A DNA stretch of 64,000 bases from Octopus vulgaris (Eukaryota), in the NCBI GenBank assembly GCA_951406725.2, contig OX597839.1, positions 40,920,001 to 40,984,000 on the forward strand, in the 5' to 3' direction. Shown in pieces: positions 14,718 through 30,498 of this stretch. The first letter of the stretch is position 1. Each line of letters begins with the position of its first letter. Position numbers and translations under genes: made by a program. Below the pieces are notes generated by a model, which was not told the origin of the DNA, searched no databases, and was given only the letters and a program-made list of their open reading frames with translations.

Positions 14718-15343
14718 TCATACGTGCATACATCTCTGTAGCTTTTTTCTGTGCGCAGATAGACCCGTACCTCGAGAGAGAACGAACTTAAATGACTTCA
14801 ATCAGCAGATAGAGAGAGAAAAGAGACAATTCCAAATTATCTGTGAAGAAGCAACGTTCCAAATGCAAAACATACTGAAATATTCATTGCTTTTTTTTTT
14901 TTTACCTTTTTAGATTTTTTTTTACAGTTTTTTTTTTCTTTCTTTTTTTTTTTTAACGTTCTCCATTTTCTTGTTTATCGTTCTGCTGAGAATGACACTG
15001 GTGCTGTGTAAAGAACCGGTGCTTAATCCACGTAAAAAAGGTCTCGAAATGTTTTTCTTTAGAAAAGTATCAATCGTTTAATCATTTGAGTCTCTACTTA
15101 CGTATGTCGTGTCGCTCTCTCTCCTTCTGACTATCTCTCTCATTTGCTCGCTCTCTCTCTTTCGCGTGGTCTCTTCCCATTGTATATATATTGTATACAT
15201 GTGTTTGTATGTGTGCACGTGTGTATACGTGTGCTTGCGTGTGTTTCTCTGTGAGACTTGGTTGGTCATATTGTTTCATAAACGAATAACAACAAAGCAA
15301 CGCAAACACTTTTATACACAAACTCGCATATAGATAGATAAAC

Positions 15344-15408
<65 letters not shown>

Positions 15409-15409
15409 T

Positions 15410-15698
<289 letters not shown>

Positions 15699-15989
15699 AA
15701 CAGACAGTTCGACAGACAGACAGACAGACAGGCACACAGATAGATAGATGTGAATTGCACCTTTGATTTTTGTTCTTCTTTTTTATTTATCAGAGATGTG
15801 TCACTGAATCTTGCATGCTGATGGCAATTCAGCCCAGCTTCCTAGACTGCAAACACCGTTCCAAGCTGTAACACTCGAACTCTCTATATTTTGCGAGACA
15901 GGCTGTGCCATTTCCCAGCTGTTACACCTAGAGTGCAGGCGTGTAGTGCGCACTCGTCGGATATTTGTTCTCATACAAGATGACCGATG

Positions 15990-16880
15990 CTTAGAGCAGA
16001 GATCATAAACCCATGTTTCATCACCTGTGATGTTGGTCTTCATGAAACTTGGGTTGTGGTTTGCACAGTCCAGCATGTTATGCGGAGTCCACCAGCACTT
16101 TGAGGGCGAATTTCGCCGACACTCCCTGCATGCACAAATCTTCCGTTAAAATGGAATGCGCTGATTTTGTGCTTATTCCCACTTCGTTAAAATAGAATGC
16201 ACTGTGCTTATTCCCACATCGTGAGCAATATCCTGCATTGTTATACGACCGTCTTCCATGTTTGTTCCTTCTCGAACCAAGCCTAGCTCATTAGGGCCGG
16301 TTTCCCGGTTCCCTTGGCGTATAGGTTCCCCACCTGGACGGGACGCCGGTCCGTCGCAGGTGAGCTGCAAGATGCAGGAGGAGAGAGTGGGAGAAAGTTG
16401 TGGCGAAAGAGTCAGCAGAAGTTTCACCATTACCTCCTGTCGGAGCCGCGTGGAGCTTAGGTGTTTCGCTCATAAACACACACATCGCCCGGTCTGAGAT
16501 TCGAACCCGCGATCCCTCGACCGCGAGTCCGCTGCTCTAATCACTAGGCCATGTGCCTCCACTACCGTTTTCCATGACTATCAGCCGAACCTTCTCAATA
16601 GGTTCCTCGATTCGGCTTGTCGATGGCCTGCCGGAGCACGGCTCACTTTCCAGCGAAGTGCAACCATGTTTGAAGCGGTTGTATTACTTCTTGATCTGAG
16701 TTGTGCCCATGGCATCATCGCCAAAGACCTGCTGAATCTCCTGGATGAATTTGAGCTCCAGCATGACCAATCTTTTGACAAAACTTGATGCATCGTTTGC
16801 GCTCAATGCAAACGAAAATCGGAAGCGCACCCCTCGCTCTACCGATGCGAAAGTTTTCAAGCCTGCGCAGGAAGGGTAGC
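15990..16880 (-). mobile_element. Degenerate mariner transposase relic interrupted by a SINE
   Basis: ITGDETWVY (first catalytic D motif) and EDGRITMQDIAHDVGIS..VHSILT (second HTH) on the minus strand. Confidence 0.75.
16261..16563 (-). mobile_element. tRNA-derived SINE (OR-like head, distinct tail) with a 13-bp target-site duplication
   Basis: Reverse-complement head GTGGAGGCACATGGCCTAGTGATTAGAGCAGCGGACTCGCGG..GGTTCGAATC; TSD ACCGT(C/T)TTCCATG at 16248-16260 and 16564-16576. Confidence 0.85.
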
Positions 16881-17439
16881 GTCACCTCCCACCCAAAGGA
16901 TTTTACTCATGCTATATTAGTTTTAGCGGGAAAAAATAAAATTGGATGCTTTTCGAACGCACCTTGTACCTGCAAATATATATATACATACATACAGACG
17001 CATATCTATATACATGCATATATGGGTGTGTGTGTGTGTGTATGTGTGTGTGTGCGTGCCTGAGAATATGTATGTATACATACCTAAAAGACCTGTGCAT
17101 TTCCAACTACATAATTAAAGAAGTCAGTGTCGCTATCATTAGCTCAATGCCAATTGTTTGCTTTTATTTTCAATATTTTCTCTTGTCAACGAGAAAGAAC
17201 TTTGACAAATGAGATCTCTAATTATCTCCTTTGGGAAAAACGCATGGAAAAACACAAACGTAAATCATTCAAAATTCATGGAAGAACTATTTTCATTAAA
17301 TTCCTTCACCTTGATCGGTTATCGGTTGCCGATATATCTATTATTTTAGACTTTAGAGTTTTTTTTTTAAGTGTGAGTGTATGTATATGTGACGTGTAAG
17401 GATGTACGCATGTGTGTTTGTATGTATGTGGTATGTATG

Positions 17440-17473
<34 letters not shown>

Positions 17474-17907
17474 TGTATGTATGTATGTATGTATGTATGT
17501 ATGTATGTATGTATGTATGTATGTATGCATGTATGTGTATGTGTTGTATTCATACATCTATGTATGTATATATATATATATATATATATAACTATTTACA
17601 TATATATATGTATGTATATACACATATATATATATGTATGTATATACATACATGTATATATGTGTATACATATTTATATACATATATGTGTGTATGTATA
17701 TACATATATGTATGTATGTATGAAAGAAGTATGATTTGACTTTATACACGATTTGAGTCTCTCTCTCTATATATATATATATATATCTATCTATATTTCT
17801 CTCTTTGCCTCTCTATCCCTCTCTCGCTCTGACTTTTTATATATATTTATATATTGGACTATTTTTGTATAGGTCTATGTATTCATGAATACATGATTCC
17901 ACAATAC

Positions 17908-17957
<50 letters not shown>

Positions 17958-18489
17958 ATATATATATATATGTATGTATTTTTTACATATATATATATAT
18001 ATATATAAATAAATGTATTTTTATAGATATATGTATGTATATATGTATGTCTTCACCTCTGTATGTATACATATATGTATACTTCTGTATGTGCAATTTA
18101 ATTTGGGAATTTCGCCAAAAGCACATTCTAGGACAGTAAAAATATAAGAAATGCTATTGATTACCTAATAGCGATAATATTTCTTACGCCATCACTGTTA
18201 AAGATGTCGCCTTCGGCGAATGTGCGAAGTCATGGTCATAGTTTTTGTTAAATAAATCTCACCTGAACATAACAGGTTCGAAATGCATCTATCAGTCCAC
18301 AAGGGAGAGCTCTGAGTTAGCTGTGGTGTTTTGGCGCCATTTTGTATAAAGCGAGAATATTTTTTTCTGCAATGCAAACCGCAGTGAAAAGCCTGTACGG
18401 GTTCAAATAACTCTCAAATGAATTTGAGCGGAACTTAAGTTTGTATATTACTTATTAAAATAATATTAGGTATTGTTGTATTTCGGGAT

Positions 18490-18853
18490 TCTTTTACTTG
18501 TTTCAGTCATTTGACTGTGGCCATGCTGGAGCACTACCTTTAGAGAACAAATCCACTGCAGAACTTATTCGTTGTAAACCTAGTATTTATTCTGTCTGTG
18601 TCTTTTACCGAACCGCTAAGTTACGGCGACGTAAACACACCAGCATCGGTTGTCAAGCGATGATGGGGGGGGACAAACACAGACACACATACTCACACAC
18701 ACACTGTGTGGTGAGTAGCTTGCTTCCCAACCACATGGTTCCGGGTCCAGTCCCACTGCGTGGTACCTTGGGCAAGTGTCTTCTACTATAGCCTCGGGCT
18801 GACCAAAGCCTTGTGAGTGGATTTGATAGACGGAAACTGAAAGAACCCCGTCG

Positions 18854-18927
<74 letters not shown>

Positions 18928-19120
18928 TGTGTTTGTCCCCCAACATCCCTTGACAACCGATGCCGGTGTGTTTACGTCCCCGTAACTTAGCGGTTCGGTG
19001 TAAAAGAGACCGATAGAATAAGTACTAGGTTTACAAAGAATAAGTCGTGGGGTCGGTTTGCTCGACTAAAGGCGGTGCTCCAGCATGGCCACAGTCAAAT
19101 GACTGAAACAAGTAAAAAAG
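18490..19120. mobile_element. Two OK-like SINE pieces in opposite orientation (minus tail 18490-18700; plus copy 18704-19120)
   Basis: Homology to the family as seen in other copies. Confidence 0.8.
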
Positions 19121-20591
19121 TATATGAGACTTCGCTTATCGGCAGATGTTGAAAACAAACGGTTATTTTAACTCACAGCATTCAATTCTTAACATAATTG
19201 AATTATAACATTCGTAATTGGAATGAATAGATAAAATTGAATAGTGAGCATTTATGGAGTTTTGATTTACTATCGGGTGACTTTTGGCCAACCCCGTATA
19301 TATATATTTAAAACAGTTTGATGCAGTTCCGTGTATGTGTATGTGTATGTGTATGTGTAAATGTATGTAAGTATACATATATAAATGTATATACATATAT
19401 ACATACGTATATGTACTCTTGAGCAGGTGCACGAAGTTTTGATATATGTATGCGTGTGTATGTGTGTGTTTGTGTGTGTGTGTGAGTGTGGTATGTATGT
19501 ATGTATGCATGTATGTATGTATGTATGTATGTATGTGTGTGTGTATGTATGTATGTATGTTTGTTTGTATGCATGTATGTATGTATGTATGTATGTATGT
19601 ATTTATGTATGTATGCATGCATGTATGTATGTATGCATGTATGTATATGTGTGTATGTATGTATGTATGTATGTATGTATGTATGTATGTGTGTATGTAT
19701 GCATGTATGTATGTGTGTATGTATGCATGTATGTATGTATGTATGTATGCATGTATGTATGTATGTATGTATGTATGTGTATATGTATGTATGTATGTAT
19801 GTGTGTATGTATGCATGTATGTATGTGTGTATGTATGCATGTATGTATGTATGTGTGTATGTATGTATGTATGTGTATGTATGTATGTATGTATGTATGT
19901 ATGTATGTATGTATGTATGTATGTGCATATAATCGCACACGTTTATGTATGTATGTTTATGTATTAGTATGCAAACGTTGTGCAATATATACTACGTGTA
20001 CGATGATGTATAGTGTACACGTATACAAAATATACAAGCGAAAGTAGTAAATGACGAAGATGATGATGATGATGATGTCAACGACGACGACGACGATGAT
20101 GCATATGCGCATGCGCCTACACACATACACATTTGTACACAAAGTCAACGGATGTGGGTGGAGTGGTTTAACTCTCCTTTGCTGTTGGTATCTCCAATTT
20201 TTTTTTTTTATCTTTCCCGCTTCCTTCCTTTCTCTCTTCCTTCCTTCATTTCTTCTTTCCTTCCTTCCTTTCTTCCATCCTGCCTTCCTTGATCTTTTAA
20301 AAATCTCTCATATTCTTTTTTTCAAATCAGTTTGCTATATCTTCCTAATCAATCCACTCTTCATTCGTTTTTCCCTCTTCAAATTCTTGGAGTATTTCTT
20401 TTTTTTTTCTCCCCTGCCTCATCCTTCCTCTTCTTTCACTTTCACTTTCCATTTTTCTTCCTTATTATCATTATTATTATTATTATTATTATCATTTTTT
20501 CTTCTTCTTTCAAATTTGCTTCCATTTCTTGCCGAGTGTCTTCTCGACTCCTAGGGCAAAGAGACTCATAGTATACATTGGTAGGCCATTA

Positions 20592-20643
<52 letters not shown>

Positions 20644-20659
20644 CATTATTTCTATGTAC

Positions 20660-20893
20660 GAAACTGGTACTTAATTTTCCGACCCCGAAAGGATGAAAGG
20701 CAAAGTCGACCTCGGCGGAATTTGAACTCGGAACGTAATCGCCTGTCTTTACGTTCTGAGTTTTAATTCCACTGAGGTCGAACTTGCCTTTCATCCTTTC
20801 GGGGTCGAAAAATTAATACCAGTTGATGAATAAAGTACCAGATCTAATCGGCCAAAATTTTTCGGGCCTTGTGCCTAGAGTAGAAAAGATATT

Positions 20894-20934
<41 letters not shown>

Positions 20935-21150
20935 AGGCGGCGAGCTGGCAGAATCGTTAGCACGCTGGACGAAATGCTGAGCGATATTTCGTCCGTCACT
21001 ACGTTCTGAGTTCAAATTCCGCCAAGGTCGACTTTGCCTTTCATCCTTTCGGGATCGATAAATTAAGTACGAGTTGAGTACTGTGTTCGATGGAATCGAA
21101 TGTCACCCTCTCCCACAAATTTCCTTGTACCTATAGTAGAAAGGATTATA
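20660..21150. mobile_element. Cluster of Deu/Nin-domain-type SINEs (full plus copy 20935-21150; inverted fragments 20660-20890)
   Basis: GGCGGCGAGCTGGCAGAATCGTTAG..GAGTTCAAATTCC..GCCTTTCATCCTTTCGGG(G)TCGATAAATTAAGTAC. Confidence 0.8.
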
Positions 21151-21220
<70 letters not shown>

Positions 21221-21329
21221 GTTATTATTATTATTATTATTATTATTGTTATTGTTATTATTATTATTATTATTATTATTGTTATTATTATTATTATTAT
21301 TGTTATTGTTATTATTATTATTATTATTA

Positions 21330-21366
<37 letters not shown>

Positions 21367-21382
21367 CATTATTATTATTATT

Positions 21383-22595
21383 CAGTAGCGTGCTTTCACT
21401 TCACTACCGAGCGCAGCTCTGTGTGCCTTGGGTATGTGTTGTGCCTAGTAGTGCTATTTCCTGTATCTTATATATATTTATTAATCCTGGTGTTTTTGTT
21501 ATGTATTTGTCTGAATATTTTTTTATCATACCTAATGCGCCTACTATGATAGGAATTGTTTCTGCTTTTAGATTCCACATTGTGGTTACCTCCATTTCCA
21601 GGTCTTTGTATTTTGAAAGTTTCTCCATTTCTTTTAGAGACACGTTGTCATCTGCTGGTATTGATACATCAATTAGAAAGCGTTTTTTTTTTCTTCAACT
21701 ATGTCTGGCCTATTGGCTTTATATCTGACAACTATATCTGGCCTATTAGCTTTAATTTCTCTATCTTTGTGTATTGGCATATCCCAGAGTATGGTTGCTT
21801 TCTCGTTTTCTATGACCTTTTCTGGAGTGTGCCTATACCATCTTTTTTCTGTTGTTATTCCATAGTGTGTGCATAGCTTCCAGTGTATGTAGGTCCCAAC
21901 TTTGTCGTGTCTGTGAATATATTCCTTCTTAGCCAGGACTGGGCAGCCAGAGATAATATGATTTATTGTTTCTTGTCCATCTCCACATATTCTGCAGTTA
22001 CTGGTTAAATTTCTTTTCATTACATGTTTTTGGTCATTTCTGGTGGGGAGGCTTTGGTCTTGTGCTGCAATTAAAAATCCCTCCGTCTCTGCTTTGAGTC
22101 CTGAGCTTCTCAACCATTTCTGGGATTTTTCTCTATCTATTTCTTATGCATTTAGTTTAGTCCAGTATTTACCATGAAGGGGCTTTTTCTTGCCATCGTT
22201 TTATCATGGTTCGTTGCTGTTCTAGTTTTAGTTTGGATTTCATTTGTTTTATAGCTTTTGTTGTTTCTTCTTCTTCTTCATATTTGTTAGGTAGTATGAT
22301 TTCTTCCTTAAATACTGAGAACAGTTTTTTGTTTTCCTCGTGTTTTGCCGCTATTTGTATCAGTTTTCCTTGCTTCTGAAGTAGATATTTTGCAGTCCTA
22401 TGGGGGTTATTTTATAATAGTTTTCCAGCTGTATAAGGCCTCTACCACCTTCTATACGTTATATATATAGCCTTTCTATGTCAGATTTTGGGTGGTGCAT
22501 CCTAGATCCTGTCATTATTTTTCCTGTTTTCCTGTCTATTTCATGTCCAGTTAAGGATATTGTAGCTGTAACTTATAACTAGGACGACTAAAGTG
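21383..22595 (-). mobile_element. 5'-truncated R4/Dong-clade non-LTR retrotransposon (CCHC finger and restriction-like endonuclease) inserted in (TAA)n
   Basis: ETEGFLIAAQDQ..CRICGDGQETINHIISGC..RHD..ILWD..NRPDIVV..KYKDL..IPIIVGALG; frameshifted; (TTA)n tracts on both sides. Confidence 0.9.
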
Positions 22596-22607
22596 TTATT
22601 ATTATTA

Positions 22608-22663
<56 letters not shown>

Positions 22664-22810
22664 TTTTGTTCAGTACTAAATGAAACCTAAGCAGTCGTTT
22701 CATCCAGATCTTCAAACGATCCAATACACGTGTATAGTTTAAATAATAATGACCTACGGAGAATAACTGAAGATAGATAGATACACGTACATATATACAT
22801 ACATTCATAA

Positions 22811-22859
<49 letters not shown>

Positions 22860-22943
22860 CACACATAAATACATGCGTATGCATATATAGATAGATAGAA
22901 AGAAATTTAGATAGATATACATATATATATATATATATACACG

Positions 22944-22991
<48 letters not shown>

Positions 22992-23226
22992 TAAATGCAT
23001 ACGTATGCCTATATATAGATAGATACAAATATATGTAAGAACGTAGGCATGTATATTTTTATGCATATATATATGTGTGTGTATGTGTGTGTATACATAT
23101 ATATACTTACAAATTGAGGATATAATCATGATTATATCAGTGGCTAGCGTATAAAAAAACCACCATATTAATATACATATATATATAGATAGATAGATAG
23201 TAGATAAAAGCATATATTACATAGGC

Positions 23227-23269
<43 letters not shown>

Positions 23270-23345
23270 AATAGCTAAATTATAAGATATATATGAGGCA
23301 GGAGGAAATATTCGAGACCAAAGAGATATAAAATTACGTAAGTTT

Positions 23346-23377
<32 letters not shown>

Positions 23378-23734
23378 AGGAAAGAAGAAGAAGAAGAAGA
23401 AGAAGAAGAAGAAGAAGAAGAAGAAGAAGAAGAAGAAGAAGAAGAAGAAGAAGAAGAAGGGGAAGAAGAAGAAGAAGAGGAACTGGCAGTAGCAACAGCT
23501 CACCTCGTTACGAGAAATCAACGTGCCCACTTACATATAACGACCATAGATTTCAGATTTTTATGAGAATTTTCGTGGTGCGAGATAGATATATACTTCT
23601 ACATGCACACACATTTTATTACATACCTACATATATACATACATGCATATATACTTATAAATACACACATACATATATATGCATATGTGTATATATATAT
23701 ATATATATATACACATATCCGCACATACGTATAA

Positions 23735-23784
<50 letters not shown>

Positions 23785-23804
23785 CGTACGGGTGTATGTA
23801 TATG

Positions 23805-23846
<42 letters not shown>

Positions 23847-23847
23847 C

Positions 23848-23878
<31 letters not shown>

Positions 23879-23900
23879 TATACATATATATATATATATG

Positions 23901-23940
<40 letters not shown>

Positions 23941-23948
23941 TACATACA

Positions 23949-24050
<102 letters not shown>

Positions 24051-24628
24051 GTGTGTGTGTGTGTGTGTCATTGAAAGAAAATTGCAGTTAAAAGGAAGAA
24101 AACCAGCGAAACAAACGAACGAACAAACGAGATAGTTTTAAGCATGGCGTATTTTATGATTTATTAAGGGGGAGATAATCAGATGTTATTGACTGCACAG
24201 TTTGCCACCAGGTAAGAACTGTCAGCAGTTGTTGTTGTTGATGATTGATTATCGCAATTGGATTTTCACAAAAAAAAAACGAAAAAGAAAATCGATTTGT
24301 AATGTCGCCGTGTTGGAGTAAGGGAGAGCGTTGATGTTATTCGTTATAAGTGTTACATATCAAACTAACATTTTACAATTTCTTCCGTTTATTTATTATA
24401 TTCTATTTATTATATCTATATCTGTATGTGTGTTTCAATATTGCTCCCACATGTACGTATATATATATATATGTGTGTGTGTGTATGCTTTTGCATGTAT
24501 TTATGTATATATTTATGTGTATATACGTATATAAATGTGTACGCATGTATTTGTGTGATGGTGTATGTATATATGTGTGTATATATAAGTATAGATATAT
24601 AAATGTGCGTGTATATGTATATAAATGT

Positions 24629-24661
<33 letters not shown>

Positions 24662-24671
24662 CATTTATATG

Positions 24672-24710
<39 letters not shown>

Positions 24711-24789
24711 GCGTATATATATATGAATATTTTCTGTGCATATATATATACGTGTATACATGTATTTATATAGTCCAACAGATAGATAT

Positions 24790-24840
<51 letters not shown>

Positions 24841-25660
24841 CAGTGAGAGATACATACATACATGCGTACGTATGTACATATACACATACATACATATAAA
24901 CATACATGCATACATACATATAAACATACATACATACATACATACATACATACATACATACATACATACATACACATCTAGATACATACATATTTGTGTC
25001 TATATGTATCTATGCAAACATTTCCATGTCACGATAAATACGCGTACACTGCATATACATACAGGTTGTCCTAAAAAGCTATAGACCCCCTTCAATAGCT
25101 GTGCACTTTATTTTCATTTCTTTTTAGGTTAAACCCATTAGAAATAAGGGCTTGGGGTCAAGACCAAACTTTAAACACAGGAAATTTATCCTAAAGTGCT
25201 TTTGGAAGAGTAAAAATACCGTCGCATTGCCAAGAGTGTTCACAAAAATTTCAAATTTCAAATTTCAAAAACATCACTCGATTTAACATCACTCGAATTA
25301 CAAATTCTTTTGAAGCAGATGAAACTGTTCTGAATTTTTCACCAGATAAGTTTCAGTTGGCTGCAGACATAGACGAGCCCTATCAAGGCAAGAATGAGTA
25401 CAAGAAACATGTTGCTAGAGTTTAAGGGGATCTGTGCAACCGGTGAGTTGTGTGAGAGGGATTTAAAAATCAGGCGTCCTTCGTGTTTTGAAGAGCTCTC
25501 ATTAGAAGAGTTTGGTGGATGGGTGGATATGTATATATATATGTATATATATATATATACATATATATATACATATAGATATATAGATATATATATAGAT
25601 ATATATATAGATATATATATATATATATATATATGTAAGGATAGATAGATAGATAGGTAA

Positions 25661-25708
<48 letters not shown>

Positions 25709-25722
25709 GTAGACAGATAGAT

Positions 25723-25813
<91 letters not shown>

Positions 25814-25821
25814 GATAGATC

Positions 25822-25880
<59 letters not shown>

Positions 25881-26399
25881 GGATGGATAGATAAATGGAA
25901 GGATGGATACTAAGAAAAGGTATCAAAGAAAAATTGAAACAAAGCAAGGGAAAAAGAGAAATAAAAAGAAGAAGGAAAGGAAATGAAGAAGAGAGAGAAA
26001 AGCAGACGTGAAGTAAATTGAAGATTTCGTCAAACTGACAGCAAAAGTAAGAATTCCCGGTAGACTGTTGAGATGTGTGTGTATGTGTGCACATGAAATA
26101 CACATGTACGTAAGTATATATATATATGTATATATATATATGTATATATATGTGTATATATATATATATAGCTAATATATATGCATATATATATATATAT
26201 GCATATATATATATATCAATATATGTATATATGTACATAGCTATATATATATGTATACACATATATATACATAATTATATACATATATATATCAATATAT
26301 ACATATATATATATATACATATATACTTGCACATATATATTCATATATATATATGAGTACTCTTTTTTCCACCTTGTTTCACATTTATGTGTTTACTCC

Positions 26400-26438
<39 letters not shown>

Positions 26439-26547
26439 ATATATATATGTATATACATTATATAAATAAACTGATACTGAAAATTATATATATAAGGTAT
26501 GTATATATTCACATATTTGTGTGCATGTGTGTGCATATTTGTGTATT

Positions 26548-26604
<57 letters not shown>

Positions 26605-26745
26605 GCATATACACATATATACGTCTTTATATACACACATAAATCACGTAAATATATTTACATGTCATCTATTCAATTGATACTGTTTAGTCCAAAATGG
26701 CGGAAATGACTAGCAATATACATATACATATACATACCCTCTCTC

Positions 26746-26818
<73 letters not shown>

Positions 26819-27470
26819 ATGTCCTTTATTTCTACACTCGAAGCCGAGATAAAGCGTCTATTAAGTCTGAAGAATGGCAAGTAAAATGATCGTTTGTAAA
26901 TAGTTTAGCCGAAACTGGCAATAAAGAGCAATAGATTGTCCAGAAAGACAGTGAAAGAGTGAGAGATGAGGAGAAGCGAGGGAGAGCTAGAGAGAGAGAG
27001 AGTGAGAGAGAGAGAGAGAAAGGATAGGCGGAGGGGAGAAAGTGAGCGATTTGATTCTTTTTCAATTGTTTTTTTTTGTTTCTCTTTCTTTTTTTCTCAT
27101 TTCCTTCCTTTTTTTCTCTTGTAATCTTGACTAGACCCCACATTCGTAATGACTGTTTTTTTTTTTTATCCGTCAATTTAAATATATGTGTATGTGTGGT
27201 GGTGGTGGTGGTGGTGGTCTGTATTGTGATACATACGTGTGTGTGTATGAATGTATGTATGTATACATATATATATCAGTTTATATATATATATATGCAT
27301 TTGTATGTATGTATATATTTATATATATGTGTATGTATATACATATGTATAAATATGTATGCATATATATATATATATATATGTGTGTATATATGTATTA
27401 TCAGCTTTTACTTCCTTACATATCTGTATAAATGAATATTAACCTCTTGTACAATATATTATATATGTAC

Positions 27471-27523
<53 letters not shown>

Positions 27524-27525
<2 letters not shown>

Positions 27526-27907
27526 GAGGCGCAATGGCCCAGTGGTTAGGGCAGCAGACTCGCGGTCGTAGGATCGCGGTTTCGATTCCCAGACCGGGCG
27601 TTGTGAGTGTTTATTGAGCGAAAACAACTAAAAAGCTCCACGAGGCTCCGGCAGGGGGTGGTGGCGATCCCTGTTGTACTCTTTCACCACAACTTTCTCT
27701 CACTCTTACTTCCTCTTTCTGTTGTGCCTGTATTTCAAAGGGCCGGCCTTGTCACTCTCTGTGTCACGCTGAATATCCCCCGAGAACTACGTTAAGGGTG
27801 CACGTGTCTGTGGAGTGCTCAGCCACTTACACGTTAATTTCACGAGCAGGCTGTTCCGTTGATTCGGATCAACCGGAACCCTCGTCGTCGTAACCGACGG
27901 AGTGCTT

Positions 27908-27908
<1 letters not shown>
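27524..27908 (+). mobile_element. tRNA-Arg-like SINE, OR-like family, full length
   Basis: TGGAGGCGCAATGGCCCAGTGGTTAGGGCAG..GGTTTCGATTCC; near-identical copies at 35220 and 60591. Confidence 0.85.
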
Positions 27909-27962
<54 letters not shown>

Positions 27963-27969
<7 letters not shown>

Positions 27970-28109
27970 CGTTAGCCCCTACACGCAATTTTTTTCTCTC
28001 CTTGTTTCTTTTCTGTGTATCTTTCTATTCCTGAGCGCCATACTAATACATTTGTTTGTTTGTACTCCACCTGCCTTCGTCTTTTGTTTATTTTCATAAA
28101 CCTTCCCGT

Positions 28110-28112
<3 letters not shown>
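27963..28112 (+). mobile_element. (TA)n-embedded Penelope-like cassette, internally deleted relative of 34343-34540
   Basis: Reverse-complement match to 34343-34530 but missing the hammerhead-containing segment. Confidence 0.6.
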
Positions 28113-28168
<56 letters not shown>

Positions 28169-28315
28169 TCAAGTAGAACCTCACAGTACGAGTACTTTGG
28201 TGTACAAGTAATTTGGTGTATTGGCCGAGGTTCGTGCGAATTTCTGTCTTGAGGTACGAGCGAGTTTCATACAAACGAACGCTAGTCAGCACTGAGCTTG
28301 CACACAATTTATATA

Positions 28316-28675
28316 TTCTTTTACTCTTTTACTTGTTTCAGTCATTTGACTGCGGCCATGCTGGAGCACCGCCTTTAGTCGAGAGAATCGACCCCAGGAC
28401 TTATTCTTTGTAAGCCTAGTACTTATTCTATCGGTCTCTCTTGTCGAACCGCTAAGTGACGGAGACGTAAACACATCAGTATCGGTTGTCAAGCTATGTA
28501 GGGCGGGGGACAAACACAGACACACAAACACATGCATACATATATGTTTCTCTCTACCAAATCCACTCACAAGGCTTTGGTCGGCTCGAGGCTATAGTAG
28601 AATACACTTGCCCAAGGTGCCACGCAGTGGGACTGAACCCGGAACCATGTGGTTGGTAAGCAAGCTACTTACCCC
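28316..28675 (-). mobile_element. OK-like SINE
   Basis: Family homology. Confidence 0.85.
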
Positions 28676-28816
28676 TTCTCTCTCACCTATAACTCCTGAA
28701 AGTTCCACTCTTTTTCATTTTTTTTTTAATCAGAGTTTAAAATTTTGGCTGTCCGAATTTTTTGCTTAAATCCCAGAAATGGACCATCCTTGGCTGCATC
28801 ATTATTCTGTTGCTGA

Positions 28817-30015
28817 CAAGGTCTAATCAAAAAGTATCAGGAATGTTGCTATGGTATCAGAGCTAAAGTATAGTGAAGCAGCTTGGCACAAACTGACCTT
28901 AAACTTTGATTCACATGCGCACTAAGTTATAACATTCTTATTCACTTCTATCATTTATAGTAATGTTTGGAGGTAAAGTGTGTAGAATGTGGTCATCCCA
29001 CCACACTAGAGGGGTTTCATCAGTGACTATGGCAGAGAAAATTGATCAGAGAATCTGCATCAAATTTTGCAAAAGGCAGTGACACCTGGACAGAGACCTA
29101 TACAAAGTTGCAGAAACTGTATGTGGAGGAATGATTGATGAGTGGTTTAAATGTTTCCAAGATGACTGACAACATGTCAACAATGACACTGCTTGTTCTT
29201 GGAGACCCACAACCAGCAGAACTGGTAAAAACATCACTGATGTCTATGCAGCTGTTTGTAAAGACCATCAAATTGTTGAGCATGAGTTGCCAGAGGATGT
29301 GAATATTAACTATAGTTCAGTTCAGTTCATTTCTAGTTAAGATTTGGGTTTGAGATGTGTGTTTGCCAAGTTTGTTCCAAAACTGCTTTCACTCAACCTG
29401 AAATAAGATCAGGTTTCAGTTGCACAGGTTGGGGGTCTTCCACAGTGAAGACCCAACCTCTCCAACATCAAAGAAAACATGACTGAGGTGAAGCAAAAGG
29501 AAGACAATGTTGACAGTTTTCTTCGACTACAGGGGTATTGTTCATCATGTGTATATTCCACCAGGTCAGTCAGTAAACAAGGAGTATTACCATAACATGT
29601 TACAGCATTTGTGGGATGTTGTTTGTCAGAAAAGGGCAGAATTGCATGCATCTGGTGAATGGCAGATCCACCATGACAGTGCACCTACCCATTCAGCACA
29701 GCTTGTGCAGCAGCTTTTGGTCAAGTACAACATTTCCCATGTCCTACAACTAGCATATTCCCCAGATCTCGCCCCTTGTAACATTTCCGTCTTTCCAAAA
29801 GTCAAATCCCACTTGAAAGGAATAAGGTTTTGAGATGCCAAAGAAATCCAAGAAAATGTGATGAGGCAGCTGCTCCCTATCCCAGAAATGAAGTTCCAGA
29901 AATGCTTCTATCCAGGGAAATGCTGCTGGGTAAAGTGTGTGGCTTCAGCAAAGGACTACTTTGAAGAAGACTAGATGCTGAATTGATATGTGATGTAGTT
30001 TTCTTTTTATAGTAC
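28817..30015 (+). mobile_element. Near full-length degenerate mariner element (transposase pseudogene)
   Basis: QRICIKFC, AKFVPK, MLTVFFDYRGIVH, IHHDSAPTH and YSPDLAP motifs; multiple stops and frameshifts. Confidence 0.88.
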
Positions 30016-30397
30016 CATGTAAATTTAGTTCATTTATGTTTCAATTTATTTAGTAAGACAACAAATAGCCTAAACTTTTTCCTTCACATTTGTTCTTTTC
30101 TCTGTATATTTACTTTTGAAATGTTATGTCAGCCTTGAGAAATGTACTTTAAGTTGTGGTTGTTCAATCTCAGATCTAAAAACTTCCTTAATCTGCAAAT
30201 GCTTCTCTATAGCACAAAAACTAGCTACAGCTACACAGGAAGCCAAAAACCATTCACACCATAAATAACTGAACATCTAGAAACCCATTGCATAAAAGAT
30301 ATAATCTACAAAACAATAGCATTGGTGGAAGAAAAAAACTATATTGGTATGACAAGTGGGACATTCAAAACCATTTATACACGATCCATATTCTCAT

Positions 30398-30429
<32 letters not shown>

Positions 30430-30498
30430 AATGTGTGTGTGAGTGTGTATGTGTGTGTGTGAGTGAGATATCTATCTATCTATATATCTATATATATA

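Noticed and set aside
27524-27600. tRNA-Arg-like heads here and at 35220, 60591 and 16490
   Set aside because: They are SINE heads with imperfect cloverleaves that continue into a shared SINE body.
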